From the human T2T-CHM13v2.0 reference genome, Homo sapiens: 64,000 bases of DNA. The DNA lies in NCBI RefSeq assembly GCF_009914755.1, contig NC_060939.1; one strand, given 5' to 3'. A program made the position numbers and the translations under genes. Shown piece by piece: positions 30,440 to 52,192 of the stretch (the stretch's first letter is position 1; each line of letters starts with the position of its first letter). The notes under the pieces were generated by a model that saw only the letters and a program-made list of their open reading frames with translations, was not told where the DNA came from and searched no databases.

Positions 30440-30741
<302 letters not shown>

Positions 30742-31850
30742 GCAAAAGAAGAGTTAACAGAAGGAAGGTTGGTGACACATTTAAAAAAGAGAGAGAGAGG
30801 AAAAGAGTCAGAAAAGCAAAATTAAACAATGCCTTAGGTACCTGTGTCTGGTGAACAATGTCCTACCTCCAGGAAATGACAGCCTACTAGGAGTTTTATC
30901 CAATTGTGGAGATGAGTGTTCAGGCTTCTTAATGTTGACTTCTTTATGGAAAGCTCCATGTCTTACACAAAATTTGCCAACCAACTATATAAACCATATA
31001 CAGAGAGAAAATGTATTGAACTAAAAGATCTCTGTGCCTGGTCTCCTTGGAAGTTATATTTCTCATAAATCCATACATTTTCATCAGCTTCTAGGAGTTC
31101 AGCTAATGCGTGATCAAATCTGAGGTATGATCTGCTTGCCACCTGCCAAGAAATCAGGATTCTGAACCTACAATCACTGCAGTAATGACTATGAGGCTCG
31201 GGAAGCCTTTGGAGAGTCCCTTGCCCCATTCTTTCGGTATCCAACAAACATTTATCAGTGCATCCTGTGTGCCAGGCACAACTATGTGCTGAGAATATGA
31301 CATTGAAAAAACATAAAATCCCTGACGTCATGCTGGCTTCAGGCCAGCTAGGAACACAGACAAGTAAACAGGGAAATTAAGCACCATATGACCCATTTTG
31401 AGGAAAATCCCACAGTGCTGTAGAAATATATGACAGGAAAACTGAACTCAGACCTAGAGGTGAGGGAGGGCAAAACCATCCCCCACCAAAGGCCTTTCCA
31501 TTTGAGCCGCAACAGTTCTCCATTCCAAGAGTGGGAAAAAGGAATGGAGCTTGGAACAGGAATAAAAAATCCCAGCCTTTGTGAGATGTAAGGCCCAAAG
31601 CACTTTCCTCTAGAGAGCTAGATCCAACAACATTTCTGGGGGAGACACGATGTCAGGGCAGACTGGTTGTCTACAGGCAGGTCCAATAGAGACTGTAATG
31701 GTGGGAGGCTTTAGGAGTAGAGAATATACAATTCACCTCTACCAAGAAGAAATTGAAGGGGACGGTGGATAACAGAGCATGTCCTGTGGCTTCCAGATTG
31801 ATTACCATTTTCCTCCACTACACCTCTAAGCACCGTCCTCCACCACTTAA

Positions 31851-32325
<475 letters not shown>

Positions 32326-32339
32326 AAGACTCAGAAAAT

Positions 32340-32560
32340 TCTGATTTGAATTGTCACTCTGCTGGTACCTAGCCTTGTGCTTTAGGCACACTTTCTTACC
32401 TCTCCAAGCCTCAGATGCTGGATCAGTAAAATTGGGGAAATAGTATGCACCTCATAGAGTGGTTGTGAGAATTCACTGGGATTTATTTAATAAACACTCA
32501 TTAAACACCTATTATGACAATGTGCCAGGCACAGTAAATGCTCAATAAATGCTAGTTCCT
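32340..32560 (+). mobile_element. MIR
   Basis: CCTCTCCAAGCCTCAG...AAAATTGGGGAAATAGTA..CACCTCATAGAGTGGTTGTGAG. Confidence 0.65.
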
Positions 32561-32618
32561 TCCTAAGTTCAAAATGACTTCCCATCCCTGTTAGGCTTCA
32601 CTTTCTGGGCCCTACAGT

Positions 32619-32787
32619 CAGGGTTGGCTTCAAGGCATTTGACTTTTATAGACATACAGGGCCCATGCTTAGAAGGGCCCTACATTTGATTTAATTCTCT
32701 ATTATTGCCATCTTGAAATTCTTAATATTTTTTAAACAAAGGGCCCCATTTTCATTTTGCTCCAGGTCTCACAAATCATGTAGCCTG
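32619..32787. mobile_element. MER53-like DNA element
   Basis: AGGGTTGGCTTCA...CAGGGCCCATGCTTAGAAGGGCCC...GCCATCTTGAAATTCTTAATA...CACAAATCATGTAGCC. Confidence 0.7.
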
Positions 32788-33613
32788 TTTTTCCCATAAC
32801 CACTCTGATAGTGGGTTATAAAGTACTATTACTTTATACAGTTATAAGGGACTATTACTATTAAACAAAGCTGGTAGCAATGATATTAGTCAAAATGAAT
32901 TAAAAATAAATTAATAAAAAATTAATAGCCAAGAGGGGGTCACTGAAGTGTCTACCAGACACTTAAGGAAGAAATTATATAAATTCTCTAAAATCTCTCT
33001 CAGAAAATACAATCAGCAGGAGTACTTCCTAACTCATCTTTTGAGGCCAACATTACTCTGATACCAAAACCAGACATTATAAGAAAGAAAACTACATACC
33101 AATATCTCTTATGAACATAGATGCAAAAATCTTCAACAAATTGTTAACAAACTGAATCCAGCAATATATAATAAGAATTATACACCAAGACCAAATGGGA
33201 TTTATCTCAGTTATGTAAGGCTAGTTCAACATTCAAAAATCAATTAATATAATCCACTTAATCAACAGGCTAAAGAAGGAAAACCACACAACCTTATCAA
33301 CAGATGTAGAAAACACATTTGGCAAAATCCAACACCTATTTACATTAGCACCCCCGAAATGAAATATTTTGGTAAAATACTTTGATAAAATCTTTGGTAA
33401 AAACTCTCAGAAAAGTAGGAATAGAGGAGAAACTACCTCTACTGGTAAAGAACATCTACCAAAAAAACCTACAGCTGACATTCTACTTAATGAGAAGCAG
33501 AAACTTTCCCACTAACATTAGGAACAAGACAAGGATGTCAAGGATATGTAATCTATGGAAAGAAAACTGCAAAATGCTGAAAACATTAATTTTTAAAAAA
33601 CTAAATTAATGGA

Positions 33614-33923
33614 GGCCAGGCACAGTGGTTCATGACTCTAATCCCATCACTTTGGTAGACCGAGATGGGCAGGCTTGAGCTCAGGAGTTCAAGAGCAGCC
33701 TGGGCAACATGTCGAAACCCCATCTCTACAAAAAATACAAAAATTAGCTGGGCGTGGTGGCATATGCCTATAGCCTCAGCTACTCGGGAGGCTGAGGTGG
33801 GAGGTTGGCTTGAGCCTGGGAGGCAGAGGTTACAGCGAGCCAAGATTGCAGTAGTGCACTGCAGCCTGGGTGACAGAGCCAGACCCTGGCTCAAAACAAA
33901 CAAACAAAGCAAAACAAAACAAC
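33614..33923 (+). mobile_element. AluJ
   Basis: Full dimer with (CAAA)n tail. Confidence 0.9.
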
Positions 33924-34044
33924 TAAATTGATGGAAAGATATTCCATGTTCATGGATAGGAAGACTCAATATTGCCAAGATTTTAATTCTTTCCAAGTAG
34001 ATCTATAAATTCAATGCAATACCAATCAAAATCCCAGCAAGTTA

Positions 34045-34390
<346 letters not shown>

Positions 34391-34399
34391 TTATAAGAA

Positions 34400-34804
34400 A
34401 AACCCCAAATCATATTTTTAAAAACCTTCCCCTGAACTGGTAGACAGCCAGGAGACCAAAGAATGGGTTGGAAAAGTCCAGCTTGGTGAGTAGAATGAGT
34501 TTATTAGGACTTACATGTGAGACATTCCTGGATGGCAGCAGGGCAGCTTCAGAGATTCATGCTGAATTCCCATCCCTAAGCTGCTTTTAAGCTAATTTTC
34601 TGGCTCTTTTCCTACTATGTGTGTGGGATGGGACTATTTTCCTTGGTAGGCTCTCAAACACTCTCCAAGATGTTTGGGTTCTCAGGCATACCTGCTCCTC
34701 AGCTGGGCACCATGGCCTTGGCTTATCACCTGGTCTTCAGGATTCAGGCAGCAGACATACACCCTTAAGTAACCTGGCCATAGTGGGGAAACTGTCACAC
34801 TACA
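34400..34804 (-). mobile_element. Solo LTR, LTR47-like
   Basis: Minus strand begins TGTAGTGTGACAG...CCAGGTTACTTAAGGGTGTATGTCTGCTGCCTGAA; contains AATAAA. Confidence 0.6.
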
Positions 34805-35083
34805 TGGAGAAGCCAAAAACCCAGAATGACCAACAGAATCTCAAAGAATAAAGTTGGAGGACTGATACTGCCCAACTTCAAGACTTACTCTAACCCTGCA
34901 ATAGTCGAGACAGTGTGGTGTGAGAGAAAGAATAAACAAATAGAACAATGGAACAGCATAGAGAGCCCCAAAATAGACCCACATATATTTAGTCAGCCGA
35001 CCTTTGACAAAGGGGCAAAGGCAATACAGTGGAACAAAGATAGGCTTTTTGACAAATGGTGATGGAAAAAATGGGCATCCACT

Positions 35084-35117
<34 letters not shown>

Positions 35118-35314
35118 GAATTTAGACACAGATCTTATACCCTTCACAAAAATTAACTCAAAATATATCACAGACCTAAATATAAAATGCAAAACTATAA
35201 AACTCCTAGAAGATAACATAGTAGAAAACCTTTATGACCTTGGACATGGTGAGGTCGTGGTGATGACTTTTTAGATACAACACCAAAGGCACAATTCATA
35301 AAATAATTCACTGT

Positions 35315-35757
<443 letters not shown>

Positions 35758-38187
35758 TCAAAATAGACAAAGAACTCTTAAAACTCAACAACAAGAAAGC
35801 AAACTGATTAAAAAATGGGCCGAAGATCTGAACAGACAATTCACCAAAGCAGACATACAGATGCCCAATACGCACATGAAAAGATTCTCCATATCCTATG
35901 TCATTGGGAAAGTACCAGTTAACACAGCGAGATACCACTGCATGTCTACGAGAATGACCAAAATCCATAACATGGAAAAAACAAATGCTGGTGAGGACAT
36001 GGAGCAACATGAACTCTCATTCATTACTGGTGGTAATACAAAATGGTACAGGCACTTTGGAAGATGGTTTGGCAGTTTCTTACAAAACTAAACATATTCT
36101 TACCATATATCCAGCAATCATTTTCCTTACTATTTACCCAAAGGAGTTGAAAACTGATGAACAGACAAAAACCGGCACTCAGATGTTTATAGCAGCTTTA
36201 TTCATAATTGACAAAACTTGGAAGCAACCAAGATGTCCTTCAGTAGGTGAAAAGATAAATAAACTGTGGTAGATCCAGACAAGGGAATATTATTTTGTAC
36301 CAAATAATCAGGTGCTAAGAGGTGAGATATCAAGCTATGAAAAGACACAGAGAAACTTTAAATGTGTTTTACTAAGTGAAAGAAGCCAATCTGGAAAGGC
36401 TGTAGCCTTTGTATGTAGCCTATTGTAAGATTCCAACTGTATGACATTCTAGAAAAAGCAAAAATAGGAAGACAGCAAAAAGATCAGTGGTTGCCAGGAG
36501 TTAGGAAGGGAGGGGGGATGAATAGGTGGAGTACAGATTTTTAAGGCCAAGAAACTACTCTGTAGGGTACTATGATGGTGGATATATGCCACTATACATT
36601 TGTCCAAATCCATAAAATGTATAACATCGAGAGTGAACCCTAATGCAAACTGTGGACTTTGGGTGATAATGATGTGTCCATGTAGGTTCATCAATGTAAC
36701 AAATGTATCACTCTGGTGTACGATGTTGACAATGGGGGAAGGCTGTGCATGTGTTGGAGTAGGGAGTGTAATGGAAACTCTACTTTCTGCTCAAGTTTGC
36801 TGTGAACCTAAAACTGTTCTAAGAAAAAAATAAAGTCTATTTAAAAGGAAAAAAACAAATTTACTGTACATCTACTGCTAATTCTGAATTGTTGAATGGG
36901 GGTACTGTCAGGATAGTCACAGCAGGAGTCATCATCTCATCTTCTAAAAAAGAGGAAGCAGAAGGGACAGATCCAACTGTGTGTCCCTGTGTGCATATTT
37001 GACATAAATTGCAAACCTCCATTTCACCCCTTGGCCTCCTGCAGTCAAAAACTCATGAGGGTCACTCAGCCCCAGAGCCTGGAGCAACAAGACATTTTTT
37101 ACAGAGAGGAAATGTTATTTTAGAATGAAATCCTAGCCAAGGCTGCTGGGGGCTGTAAAAACAAACCCATAAAACCAAGGGTCCTTGGAGCACTTAACAA
37201 GATTTCCACCTGATGATAGGAAAACAATTTTATTGAGACTTCCCCCAGGAAATTGGTTTCTCCCAGTCAAGTTGAAAGGCTGAGATCATCTTAGTAATGA
37301 CAGTGAGGACTAGAAGCAGTCCATCTTCTTTTGACAGTGCTGCATCTCCTGTGCATATTAACTAACTCATCAATTACCTTACCCAGGGTAGGAGAAGCTG
37401 AGCCGCTCACAGGCGAACCTCACAGGGCAGGTCTTCTTGTCCCAGGAATGTCAAGAGCTCGTCTTTATCTTCTCTCAAATGATTTGCTTCAGTGACTAAC
37501 TGATGACTCCTACAAGCTGTTTTCAGTTGCTGCCTCTAGCATTTTCCTCTGAAAGGCTAGTCTGATGGATAGTATGGTAGACTGCCAAAACAGTGATTTA
37601 TGTTCACGGTGAAACCAGGACCTTCTTGCTCCCCCTTCCTGGGCAAGTGGCCTTTATCTACATGGTTTAGAACACCCTGGGGAAATATGAAGAGGAAATT
37701 GAGTACCTTTTCTTTATCTATAACCTAATTCAAAATTAGTGTGAGCTGTAGTTGTAAATCTCAGAATGATCTGTTCTTAGCTCATTATTTCTTTTTTTTT
37801 GCCATTTCATTTTACATGATAACAAAAGTATCATGCATTAAGAAGAATTTATAGTTTGCAAAGTGCTCTCTTGTGTATGAGTATATTTGATTCTCACCAA
37901 AACCCTATCAGATAGAAAAAGAAGGGTCACCATTCCCCTTTGAGTAAGGAGAACCTACGCGACAGAGGTTAAAGGACTCCCCAGTATCAAACATCAATTT
38001 CTACTGTCAAACAAAACAAAGATTGTATTTACTTTTTAGAATAAATTATTAAATATTTCAAAGATATATAAAATACAGAAAATATGAAAAGAGAGCCACA
38101 TGTCTACTTCTCAGTTTTAACAACTATTAATGTATTTGCTTCAGATGCTTTTTAGCAAGAGATAAAACAATACAAATACAGTTGTCA

Positions 38188-38516
<329 letters not shown>

Positions 38517-38609
38517 TCACCATCCCATTTCTTCCCTTCCCTGCCAGAGGTGATTACTTTCCTGAAGTTGATACATATCCTTCAATCCATGTTATTAAAC
38601 ATTTATTTC

Positions 38610-38850
38610 AGGCTGGGTGAAGTGGCTCACGTCTATAATCCTACGACTTTGGGAGGCTGAGGGAGGAGGATTGCTTGAGCCCCGCAGTTCCAGACCAGCC
38701 TGGGTAACATAGCAAGACCTTGTCTCTACAAAAAAATAAAAAAATTGAGGTGGAGGATCGCTTGATCCTAGGAGGTTGAGGCTGCAATGAGCCATTATCG
38801 AGTCACTGCACTCCCTCCTGGATGACAGAGAGACTCTGCCTCAAAACAAC
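38610..38850 (+). mobile_element. AluJ, internally deleted
   Basis: Right-arm start missing. Confidence 0.85.
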
Positions 38851-39826
38851 AACCACAACAACAAAAAGCCAAACAAAAATAACAACAAATTTACTTCATC
38901 TGTATTTACCTATAACAATCTGTATTAGTATCATGCTTTACTTTGTTTTACTTTCGTGTATTCACATGATAGTTTGTGAATCTTTTTATAACTTTTTTTT
39001 TCTCACCGAACATAAGTTTCTAGATGTCCAACTGGATACATGTAGAGCTGCAAGTTAATTGATCAATATATTTTTTCACTGAATTATAGTATTTTATTAC
39101 ATAAATAGACCACAGTTTATTTATCCATTTTCTTATCAATGGATATTTAAGCTGTTTCTACGTCTTACTATTTCCAAGTAGTGCTGCAGTGAACATTCTT
39201 GTTCATGGCAAATTATTCGTGGTGACAATGTCTAAAAACTTCTTTAGGGTATGTACCTAGAAAAAGAGTTGTTGGGTCGGTTGAAGGGTATGCACACCTT
39301 GAAATTTATTAGATATTACCAAATTATTCTCCAAAGTGATGGTAGCAATTTATACTTCCAATAGGGATGTCTAAGAATTCCTGTTTCCTCACGTTTTTAC
39401 TAACAATTGGTGAAAATTCAACACTTGGTGAATTATTAGTCCTGTTAATTTTCCCAACTTGATGGGTGTGATTGGTTGTTATAATTGTTATAATTTACAT
39501 TGCTCAGAATGGCCATAATTAAAAAATAAAAAAACAGAAGATGTTGGTGTGGATGTAGTGATCAGGGAATACTTCTACACTGCTGGTGGGAATGTAAATT
39601 AGTACAGTCACTATGGAAACCGTGTGGAGATTCCTTAAAGAACTAAAAGTAGAACTACCATTTGATCCAGCAATCCCACTGCTGGGTATCTACCCAGAGG
39701 AAAAGAAGTCATTATACAAAAAAGATACTTGCACACGCATGTTTATAGCAGCACAATTCACAATTGCATAATCATGGAACCAACCCAAATGCCCATCAAT
39801 CAACAAATGGATAAAGAAACTGTGAG

Positions 39827-39831
<5 letters not shown>

Positions 39832-39881
<50 letters not shown>
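39832..39881. repeat. (TA)n microsatellite, about 25 units
   Basis: Read directly. Confidence 0.95.
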
Positions 39882-39886
<5 letters not shown>

Positions 39887-40122
39887 GAATACTACTCAGC
39901 CATAAAAAGGAATGAATTAACAGCATTTGCAGTGACCTGGATGAGATTGGAAACTATTATTCTAAGTGAAGTCACTCAGGAATGGAAAACCAAACATCGT
40001 ATATTCTCACTGATATGTGAGAGCTTAGCTATGAGGATGCAAAGGCATAAGGATACAATGGACTATGGGGACTTGTTGGGGAAGGGTGAGAGGGGGCAAG
40101 GGATAAAAGACTACAAATAGGG

Positions 40123-40462
<340 letters not shown>

Positions 40463-41474
40463 TCACAAATCACCACTAAAGAACTTACTCGTGTAACCAA
40501 ACACCACCTATACTCCAATAACCTATGAAAAAAAGGTTAAAAATAATAATAATTTGCATTGTCCTCATGATTAGTCAAATTGCGCTTCAATCACTAGTTT
40601 ATTGGCCGCTTGAGTGTCCTTTTCTGTGGATTTCTTGGTCACAACCTTTCAATTTTCAATATTTTTTGTCTTTTTCTTATTAATTTATATAAGTGCTTTA
40701 AGTATTCTAGATATTAATTCTTCATTGATCGTATGCTTGTAAATATCTTTTCCATCCTAAACTTGATTTTACTTAATTTATGTCTTTTGCCTCTGCTTAA
40801 ATTTTTAAGTTTAATGTTAATTAAATTTATCTTTTTATTTGTACTTTTTGTGTCGTGTTTAAGAAATAATTCATTGTCCTGAGGTCATAAAAATATTCTC
40901 CTATATATTTTCCTGTTCTAAAAGTTTTTTACATTTTGTCTTTATTCCAAAATGTGAATTTATTTTTGAGTATGGTATGAGGTTAGAAACTTACTTTATT
41001 TTCCATGTAAATGTTTCAATTGCCAAACGTCCATAGACCAGTTTTCCACCAGACATGGGTCTGTTTCTGGGCTTTTCATTGTACTGTGTTAGTCTATTTT
41101 ACTATCTCTATGGCTATTCTACACAGTATTAATTGCTATAGTTTTATGATAAACCTTGTTATTTGGTAGGGAGATCTCTCTACTTCCTTCTCATGATTCT
41201 CTTGGCTATTCTTAGCTCTTTGTCCTCATATAATGTTTAAAATCAATTTGTCAAGTTCACATACACAATAAAAGCCCTGGCTTTCTATTAGAATTGCAAT
41301 AAATTTATAAATTCATTTAGGACAATTAACATTGTAATGTAATTGCCATCATCCACAAATATGCAATTCCTCTCCATTTATGTAGATCTTCTTTTACGGC
41401 CTTCAATAAAATTTTAGAATCTCCTCAATCAGTAGCAAATCATTGTTAGATTTATTCCTAGTTACCTAAGAGTT

Positions 41475-41768
41475 CTTTTCTTTTCTTTTTTTCTTTTTTT
41501 TTTGACAGAGCCTCACTCTGTCGCCCAGGCTGGAGTGCAGCTGTGCCACCTCAACCTCCCAAGTAACTGGAACCAAAGGCATTCATCACCATGCCCAGCT
41601 AATTTTTTTGTTTGTTTGTTCGTGGTTTTTTTCTTTTTTTTTTTTTCCATGGAAACGGGGTCCCACCATGTTGCCCAGGCTAATCATAAACTCCTGAGCT
41701 CAAGCAATCTTCCTGCCTCGGCCTCCCAAACAGCTGGGATTATAGGCATGAGCCACTACCCTCGGCCT
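41475..41768 (-). mobile_element. AluJ, internally deleted
   Basis: Dimer with a right-arm deletion. Confidence 0.85.
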
Positions 41769-41844
41769 TTTTCTTGATATTTTAAGTTAATTTATTAAGT
41801 TATCTTTTTAATTAGGTGTTGCTCAGGAACGCTATTGATTTTTT

Positions 41845-45070
<3,226 letters not shown>

Positions 45071-45497
45071 AACTAGAAGGCTTAATTTCAGTGTCATTGA
45101 TTTTCTCAATTGTGCTATTGATTTTTGAACACTGATACTGTCAAAAAACTTATTACCTTATAGCATTTATCTGTAGGTTTTCTTACATTTTCTAGTAAAA
45201 GCACATTATCTGAAATGACAACTTGGTATCTTCATAGTCACATCCAGTAGCATGTTGATTACAGTTACATTCCTGACTTCAAAGAGAATGTTTCTCATAT
45301 TCCAATGTTAAGTGTGATACTAACTGTGAATAGATATCTTTTATTAAGGAGAGGCAATTTCCTTTCATTCCAGATTGGCCAAAGGTTTTATCTTAAATCA
45401 ATATTGAATCTTAGCAAATGCTTTCTAGATTTATTTAGTGCTTTTATTTTTTCTTTTAATCTATTAAAGTCAAGCTAATTTACATGAATAGATTTCT

Positions 45498-45816
<319 letters not shown>

Positions 45817-45853
45817 GAATAGATTTCTAAATGTTAAAAAGTCTTAGAATCCT

Positions 45854-46164
<311 letters not shown>

Positions 46165-46512
46165 CTAGGATAAGGCTTATTTGCTTATCATGTGAATTTA
46201 GCTTACTAAAAACTTATTTAGGATGATTTACATTTATATTTATAAATAGATTGGCCTATACATTTCTCTCCAGTATTTGTTGTGGTTTGTTGTTACCGTT
46301 TCTTTTTTCTTCTTCGTTTTCTTTTTTCTTTTCTTTTTTTTTTTTTTTTTTGCATTGTAACATAAAGATAATCTGTTCCTCAAAGTTATGGTAGAATTTG
46401 TGTATAAAACAATCTGAAACGACGATTTGTGTATTTTAGGACAGAGGGTGCTACATTTTTATTAAGATTTACCAATTTAATTGTTATAGGTCTATTAAGC
46501 TTGTCTATATCT

Positions 46513-46747
<235 letters not shown>

Positions 46748-46960
46748 TCTTTCTTTCTTTCTCCCTTCCCTTCCTTTCCCTTCCCTTTCCTTCCGTTCCC
46801 TCCCCTCCCCTCTCCTCCCCTCCCCTCTCCTCCCCTCCCCTCTCCTCCCCTCCCCTCTCCTCCCCTCCCCTCTCCTCCCCTCCCCTCCTTTCCCCTCCCC
46901 CCTCCCTCCCCTCCTCTTCCCTTCCCTCCTTCCCTCCCTCCTCCCTTCCTTCCTTCTTTC
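46748..46960. repeat. Polypyrimidine tract with (TCCCCTCCCCTCTCC)n core
   Basis: About 210 nt of almost pure C/T. Confidence 0.93.
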
Positions 46961-47097
46961 AGAGATTGGGTGGGGCGGGGGGGGTGGTTCTCACTATGTT
47001 CCCCAGGCTGGTCTTGAACTCCTGGCCTCAAGCAGTCCTCCCTTCTAGGCCTCCCAAAGTGCTGGGATTACAGGTGTGAGCCACTGTGCCTCTGGCC
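46961..47097 (-). mobile_element. FLAM / Alu left monomer
   Basis: CCAGGCTGGTCTTGAACTCCTGGCCTCAAG...GAGCCACTGTGCC. Confidence 0.8.
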
Positions 47098-47916
47098 TTT
47101 GTTGGCTCTTTGTTTTCTATTTTGTTAATCTTTATTGCTAACATTATTATATCTTCTTTTCTACTTTCTTGGAGTTTATGTTGTCTTTTTAGAAATTAAC
47201 TGAATGATTAGCTTTGTCCTTACTTAAAGTCTTTCTTTTCTAATATATACATTTAACACTACAAATTTATCTCAAAGTACTATTTTTGCTGTATTCTGCA
47301 AGTTTGGGTAAATAGTGTTTTCATTGTTTTTTAGTTTGAACTATTTTTACATTTCCATTTTCAATTTTGTTTTATTCTTAAGTATTTAGAAAGGTGGGGT
47401 TTTATTTTGTTTGTTAGTTTTTCCTTAGTCATTTCTTTGTTTTATTTGTGGTTTGTATTTTAGCTTTCAAATATATGGGTTCCTTTGGTTATTTTTTTAA
47501 TTTAATTTTTATTTTTTTTGTTTCCCACACAACACTGATGTACCTTTGGTTATATTTTCAGTCTTGAGTTCTGCTTTTAATATTGATTTCTGATTTTATC
47601 TAAATGATATTGATTCTTCGGTATTTTTTGAGATTTTCTTTATGAGGTAGTATTTAACAATTTTTATAAATATTCCACATGTGCCTGAAAAGGATATGCA
47701 TTCTTTATTTGTTGAGTGCAGATGCACACACATACACACACAAATAGAGGGATGGGGAATCAATTTACTGATTGTATAGTTAAAATTGTCTGTATTCATA
47801 CAGATACTCAAAATATCTTAATGCTTCATCCGTCAGTTTCTGATACAGGTGTACTAAAATATCTCAATATAATTAATTGTAGGTAGTTTTGGTTTATTTC
47901 TCTATACAAACCTGCC

Positions 47917-48097
47917 TTTTTTTCTTTTTCTTTCTTTCTGTCTTTCTTTTTTTTTCTTTTTTTTTTTTTTTTTTTTGGTAGAGATGGGGTCTCACTATGT
48001 TGCCCAGGCTGGTTTTGAACTCCTGGTCTCAAGCAATCCTCCCACCTAAACCTTCCAAAGTGTAGGAATTACAGGTACAAGGCATTGCACCCAGCCT
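47917..48097 (-). mobile_element. FLAM / Alu left monomer
   Basis: Monomer with T-rich tail. Confidence 0.82.
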
Positions 48098-49429
48098 TGT
48101 TTTTTATATTTTGATGCTGTGTTGTTCAATGTATTCAGGCTCAGAATTGTTATACCTTCCTGGCCAATTACTCTCTTTATCATTAATATCATTATAACAT
48201 GTTCCTATTTAATGCTTTTCACTTTAAATTCTACATTAACTATTATACAAGGTTGGTTTGGGGTAGTATTGTCTAGAATATTTTTTCTTAACTCTTGACG
48301 TTCAAGGTCTGTGTCCATTTGATTATGTATATCTTTCACAATTGGGGTATAGCTGAATTTTTAAATGTCCAAAAATCTCTGTCTTTTGACTGAAACATAG
48401 TACATTTAAATTTATTATGATTAGTAATATTAAAATTATTTCTGCCATTGCATTTGTTTTCTATTTACCTTGGGCTTTTTCTTCTTCTTTTCTTTTTCCT
48501 TTCCAAACTTCTACTTGATTAATCTCATTTTCTTCATTCTTTTTCTCTACTAATTTGGAAGTTAAACTTATAATTTTTATCATTTTAGCTGTTTTCTTAG
48601 CATATTAACATGTACACCTGATTAAGCACAATATAGTTAATATTTGTAAAACATACTGGAATAAAACAAACAAAATTTAGAACTGAAGCTGTACAAGCTA
48701 TTTTTAATGTGGTCTATACAATATTGGTTCACCAAAATGTATTGATATTTATTGTCTCATTTTTGACTCCACCTTCCAAATTAGACATCAGTATTATTGT
48801 ATTTTATAGTCGGTGCTCTTGGGATTTATCAACATATTTTCCCATTTCTATTCTCACTGTTGCTCCTTTTATCTCATTATTTCCTTTCGAGTTCAATTTC
48901 ATTGCTATCAAAGCCCATCCTTTTGTGTCTTACAATGAAAAAGAGTGTTGAACTTCCTATAGTTTTAGGTCATTTAAAATAGTCTATATTTCAAATTCAC
49001 TCTGAATAGTAGTTCAATTAGGTACGGAGTTCTGTGTTGACATTTCACAGCAGCATTTTGAAGATGTCATCTTGATCTTAATTTTAGCTAGTGAAAACCA
49101 GTAACAATTCATCTATTGTTTCTTATTAGGAAATATTAAATGAGATAGTCGATATCTCATAAGACTGGAATCATACAGCATTTGTCTTTTTGTGACTGGC
49201 TTATTTCACTTAGCATAATGTCCACAATGTTCATTCTTATTTTTGCCTGTGTCAGAATTTCCTTCCTTTATAAGGCTGAGTAATATTCCATTATATATGC
49301 ATACCACATTTTGCTTATTCATTCAGCCATCAGTAGACACTTGAGCTGCTGCCCTCTTTTTTCTTTCTCTCTTTCTTTCCTTCCTTTCTTTCTTTCTTCC
49401 TTCCTTTCTTTCTTCCCTTCTTTCTTTCT

Positions 49430-49751
49430 ATTTATTTATTTATTTATATATTTTATTTATTTATATTTTGTCAGGGTCTCACTCTGTTGCCCAGGCTGGA
49501 GCACAGTGACATCATCTTGGCTCACTGCAACCTCTGCCTCCTAGATTCAAGTGTTCCTCCCACCTCAGCCTCCTAAGTAGCTGGGACTACAGGCACATCC
49601 CACCACACCCAGCTAATTTTTATATTTTTTTGGTAGAGGCAGGGTTCCTCCATGTTGCCCAGGCTGGTCTCAAACTCCTGGGCTCAAGCAATCTGCCTGC
49701 CTGGGCCTCCCAAAGTGCTGAGATTAGAGGTGTGAGCTGTCGTACCTGGCC
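49430..49751 (-). mobile_element. AluJ with (TTTC)n/(TTTA)n tail
   Basis: Full dimer. Confidence 0.9.
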
Positions 49752-49830
49752 TCCATCTTTTGGCTATTGTGAATGGTGGTATATAAACATGGGTCTACAA
49801 ACATAGAATCACCTCCTTTCTAACTTTAAA

Positions 49831-50227
<397 letters not shown>

Positions 50228-51892
50228 TTAATTTCCTAGAGGTAAGCAGAGTCAAAATTCTAAAAGAACTTCTTTCTGAACTGGTGTCACTATATATTCA
50301 CTATTGCCAAAATTATGTTTTCTTTTTCAAGAACAGCCTTCTCTGGTCTTCAGATATGACAAAATCCATCAGGTACTTGGTTGGTCCTTGAAATTAAATT
50401 TTAAAACTCTCTTGGTAATCTGGCAAAGGTTTAGAAATATTTGCTACACAATTGGGATGAAAGATGAGAGATCCAAGGTTTCTTAGAATGCCCGACGTGT
50501 GTGGGAGGTGAGTGTGATGACTTCATTCACTACACTGTTCTCTAATTCCACATTTGAGGTGTGTGGTTGTTGACACAAGACAGGTGCCTCCTTAGCCATC
50601 CATAGCAAGCAAGTCTTTTAGCACCTGTAATCCAGTCTCCTTTCCAGAAAAGCTTCATTCTAAAATGTCAACCCATCTAGAAACTCAGTAATGTCTCCAA
50701 GATGCCTGACCCTCACAGAATCTTTTGACCTCTGGTCCATGGTTTGTCAATTCCAAGAAATGAATGCATGAGAATATTGAGGAAACTGGCAGTGTCAAGG
50801 TTTATCTTTATTTGGCTAATGGCGATGACAGTAAGCTCGGCTGAGCTGCCAATCTGTCCTCCAATTAAGTTCTAATCTGAAGAATTGTTGTCCATGATTA
50901 AACTCCCACTGTCCTATGAAAAGGGAGTGTCTAGAAGTCAAATTCAAGATGGATCCACCACTTATCAGCTGTGTGGCTTCTGGCACGGCACCTAAAGAAT
51001 AAACAAACCTGGAGAAAATAACACCTATCTCACAGAGCTGTGATAATTAAATTTAAGGGGGGTTTTTTGGTAGTAGTTGCTATAAAGTTATGTAAAACAT
51101 TGTGTTGGAGAGCATTGAAAAATGTGAAGTACTATTAAAAATGTAAAAGAAATATTATTATTGTTTTGATTATTATTTGAGGTGTGGAAGGAAGTGGCCA
51201 GAAAGTAGATACCAGGAACAGAAGCAAGCTTTTTGAGGAAGAGGACAAGGGCAGCTGGGCTGATGATGTATCTGAGTTGAGTAAAAACCAAATGCCTCTT
51301 ATCAGCTCTTTACAGATAAGGTCAAACTCTCTCATGGTCACCTAATACCCCAGGCAAGATCTGCAGCAACCTGCACAGGTCTGAGACCCAGGCTCCACAC
51401 CTGTTCTGATTATGCCCATCTGGAACAGTGCCAGATAAGGAATAGATGCCTAATAAATACCATCTACTCCCATATTTGTATCATACTATATTTTAATTAT
51501 AGAAACTACCTAATCATGTTTCAGAAAATTTGGAAAACATGATAAAAAGAAAACATTTAAAAGCCACCTGTGATCTCTTTAACAGAAACTTTATCATACT
51601 TTGATGTACTTCTGTTCTATTTTTTCTATATATGTGCTTTCTAAAGACCTTACTTTAATGATATCTGTAAAGACAGTTCTATGTTCTGCTAATTTCCTTC
51701 CTTAACATTATGAGTATTTTCTTGGCTCATGTTTCAGCAAAAACATTAATTTTAGAGTTGGTAGAATATTCTATCCATTCAACAGATGATGTGCCAGTCT
51801 CCTATTGTTGGATATTATGTTGCTTCCATTTTAAAAAATATTAAACAATGTGACAATGGACACCTTTATGTATCTAACATTTTCTGTATTGA

Positions 51893-52192
<300 letters not shown>

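Noticed and set aside
31323-31330. Second TGACGTCA CRE
   Set aside because: Isolated 8-mer inside an L2-like remnant with no supporting context
32796-32862. Small hairpin ATAACCACT..AGTGGGTTAT and short GTTATAA/ACTATTACT repeats
   Set aside because: Short, imperfect and AT-rich; cannot be told from chance
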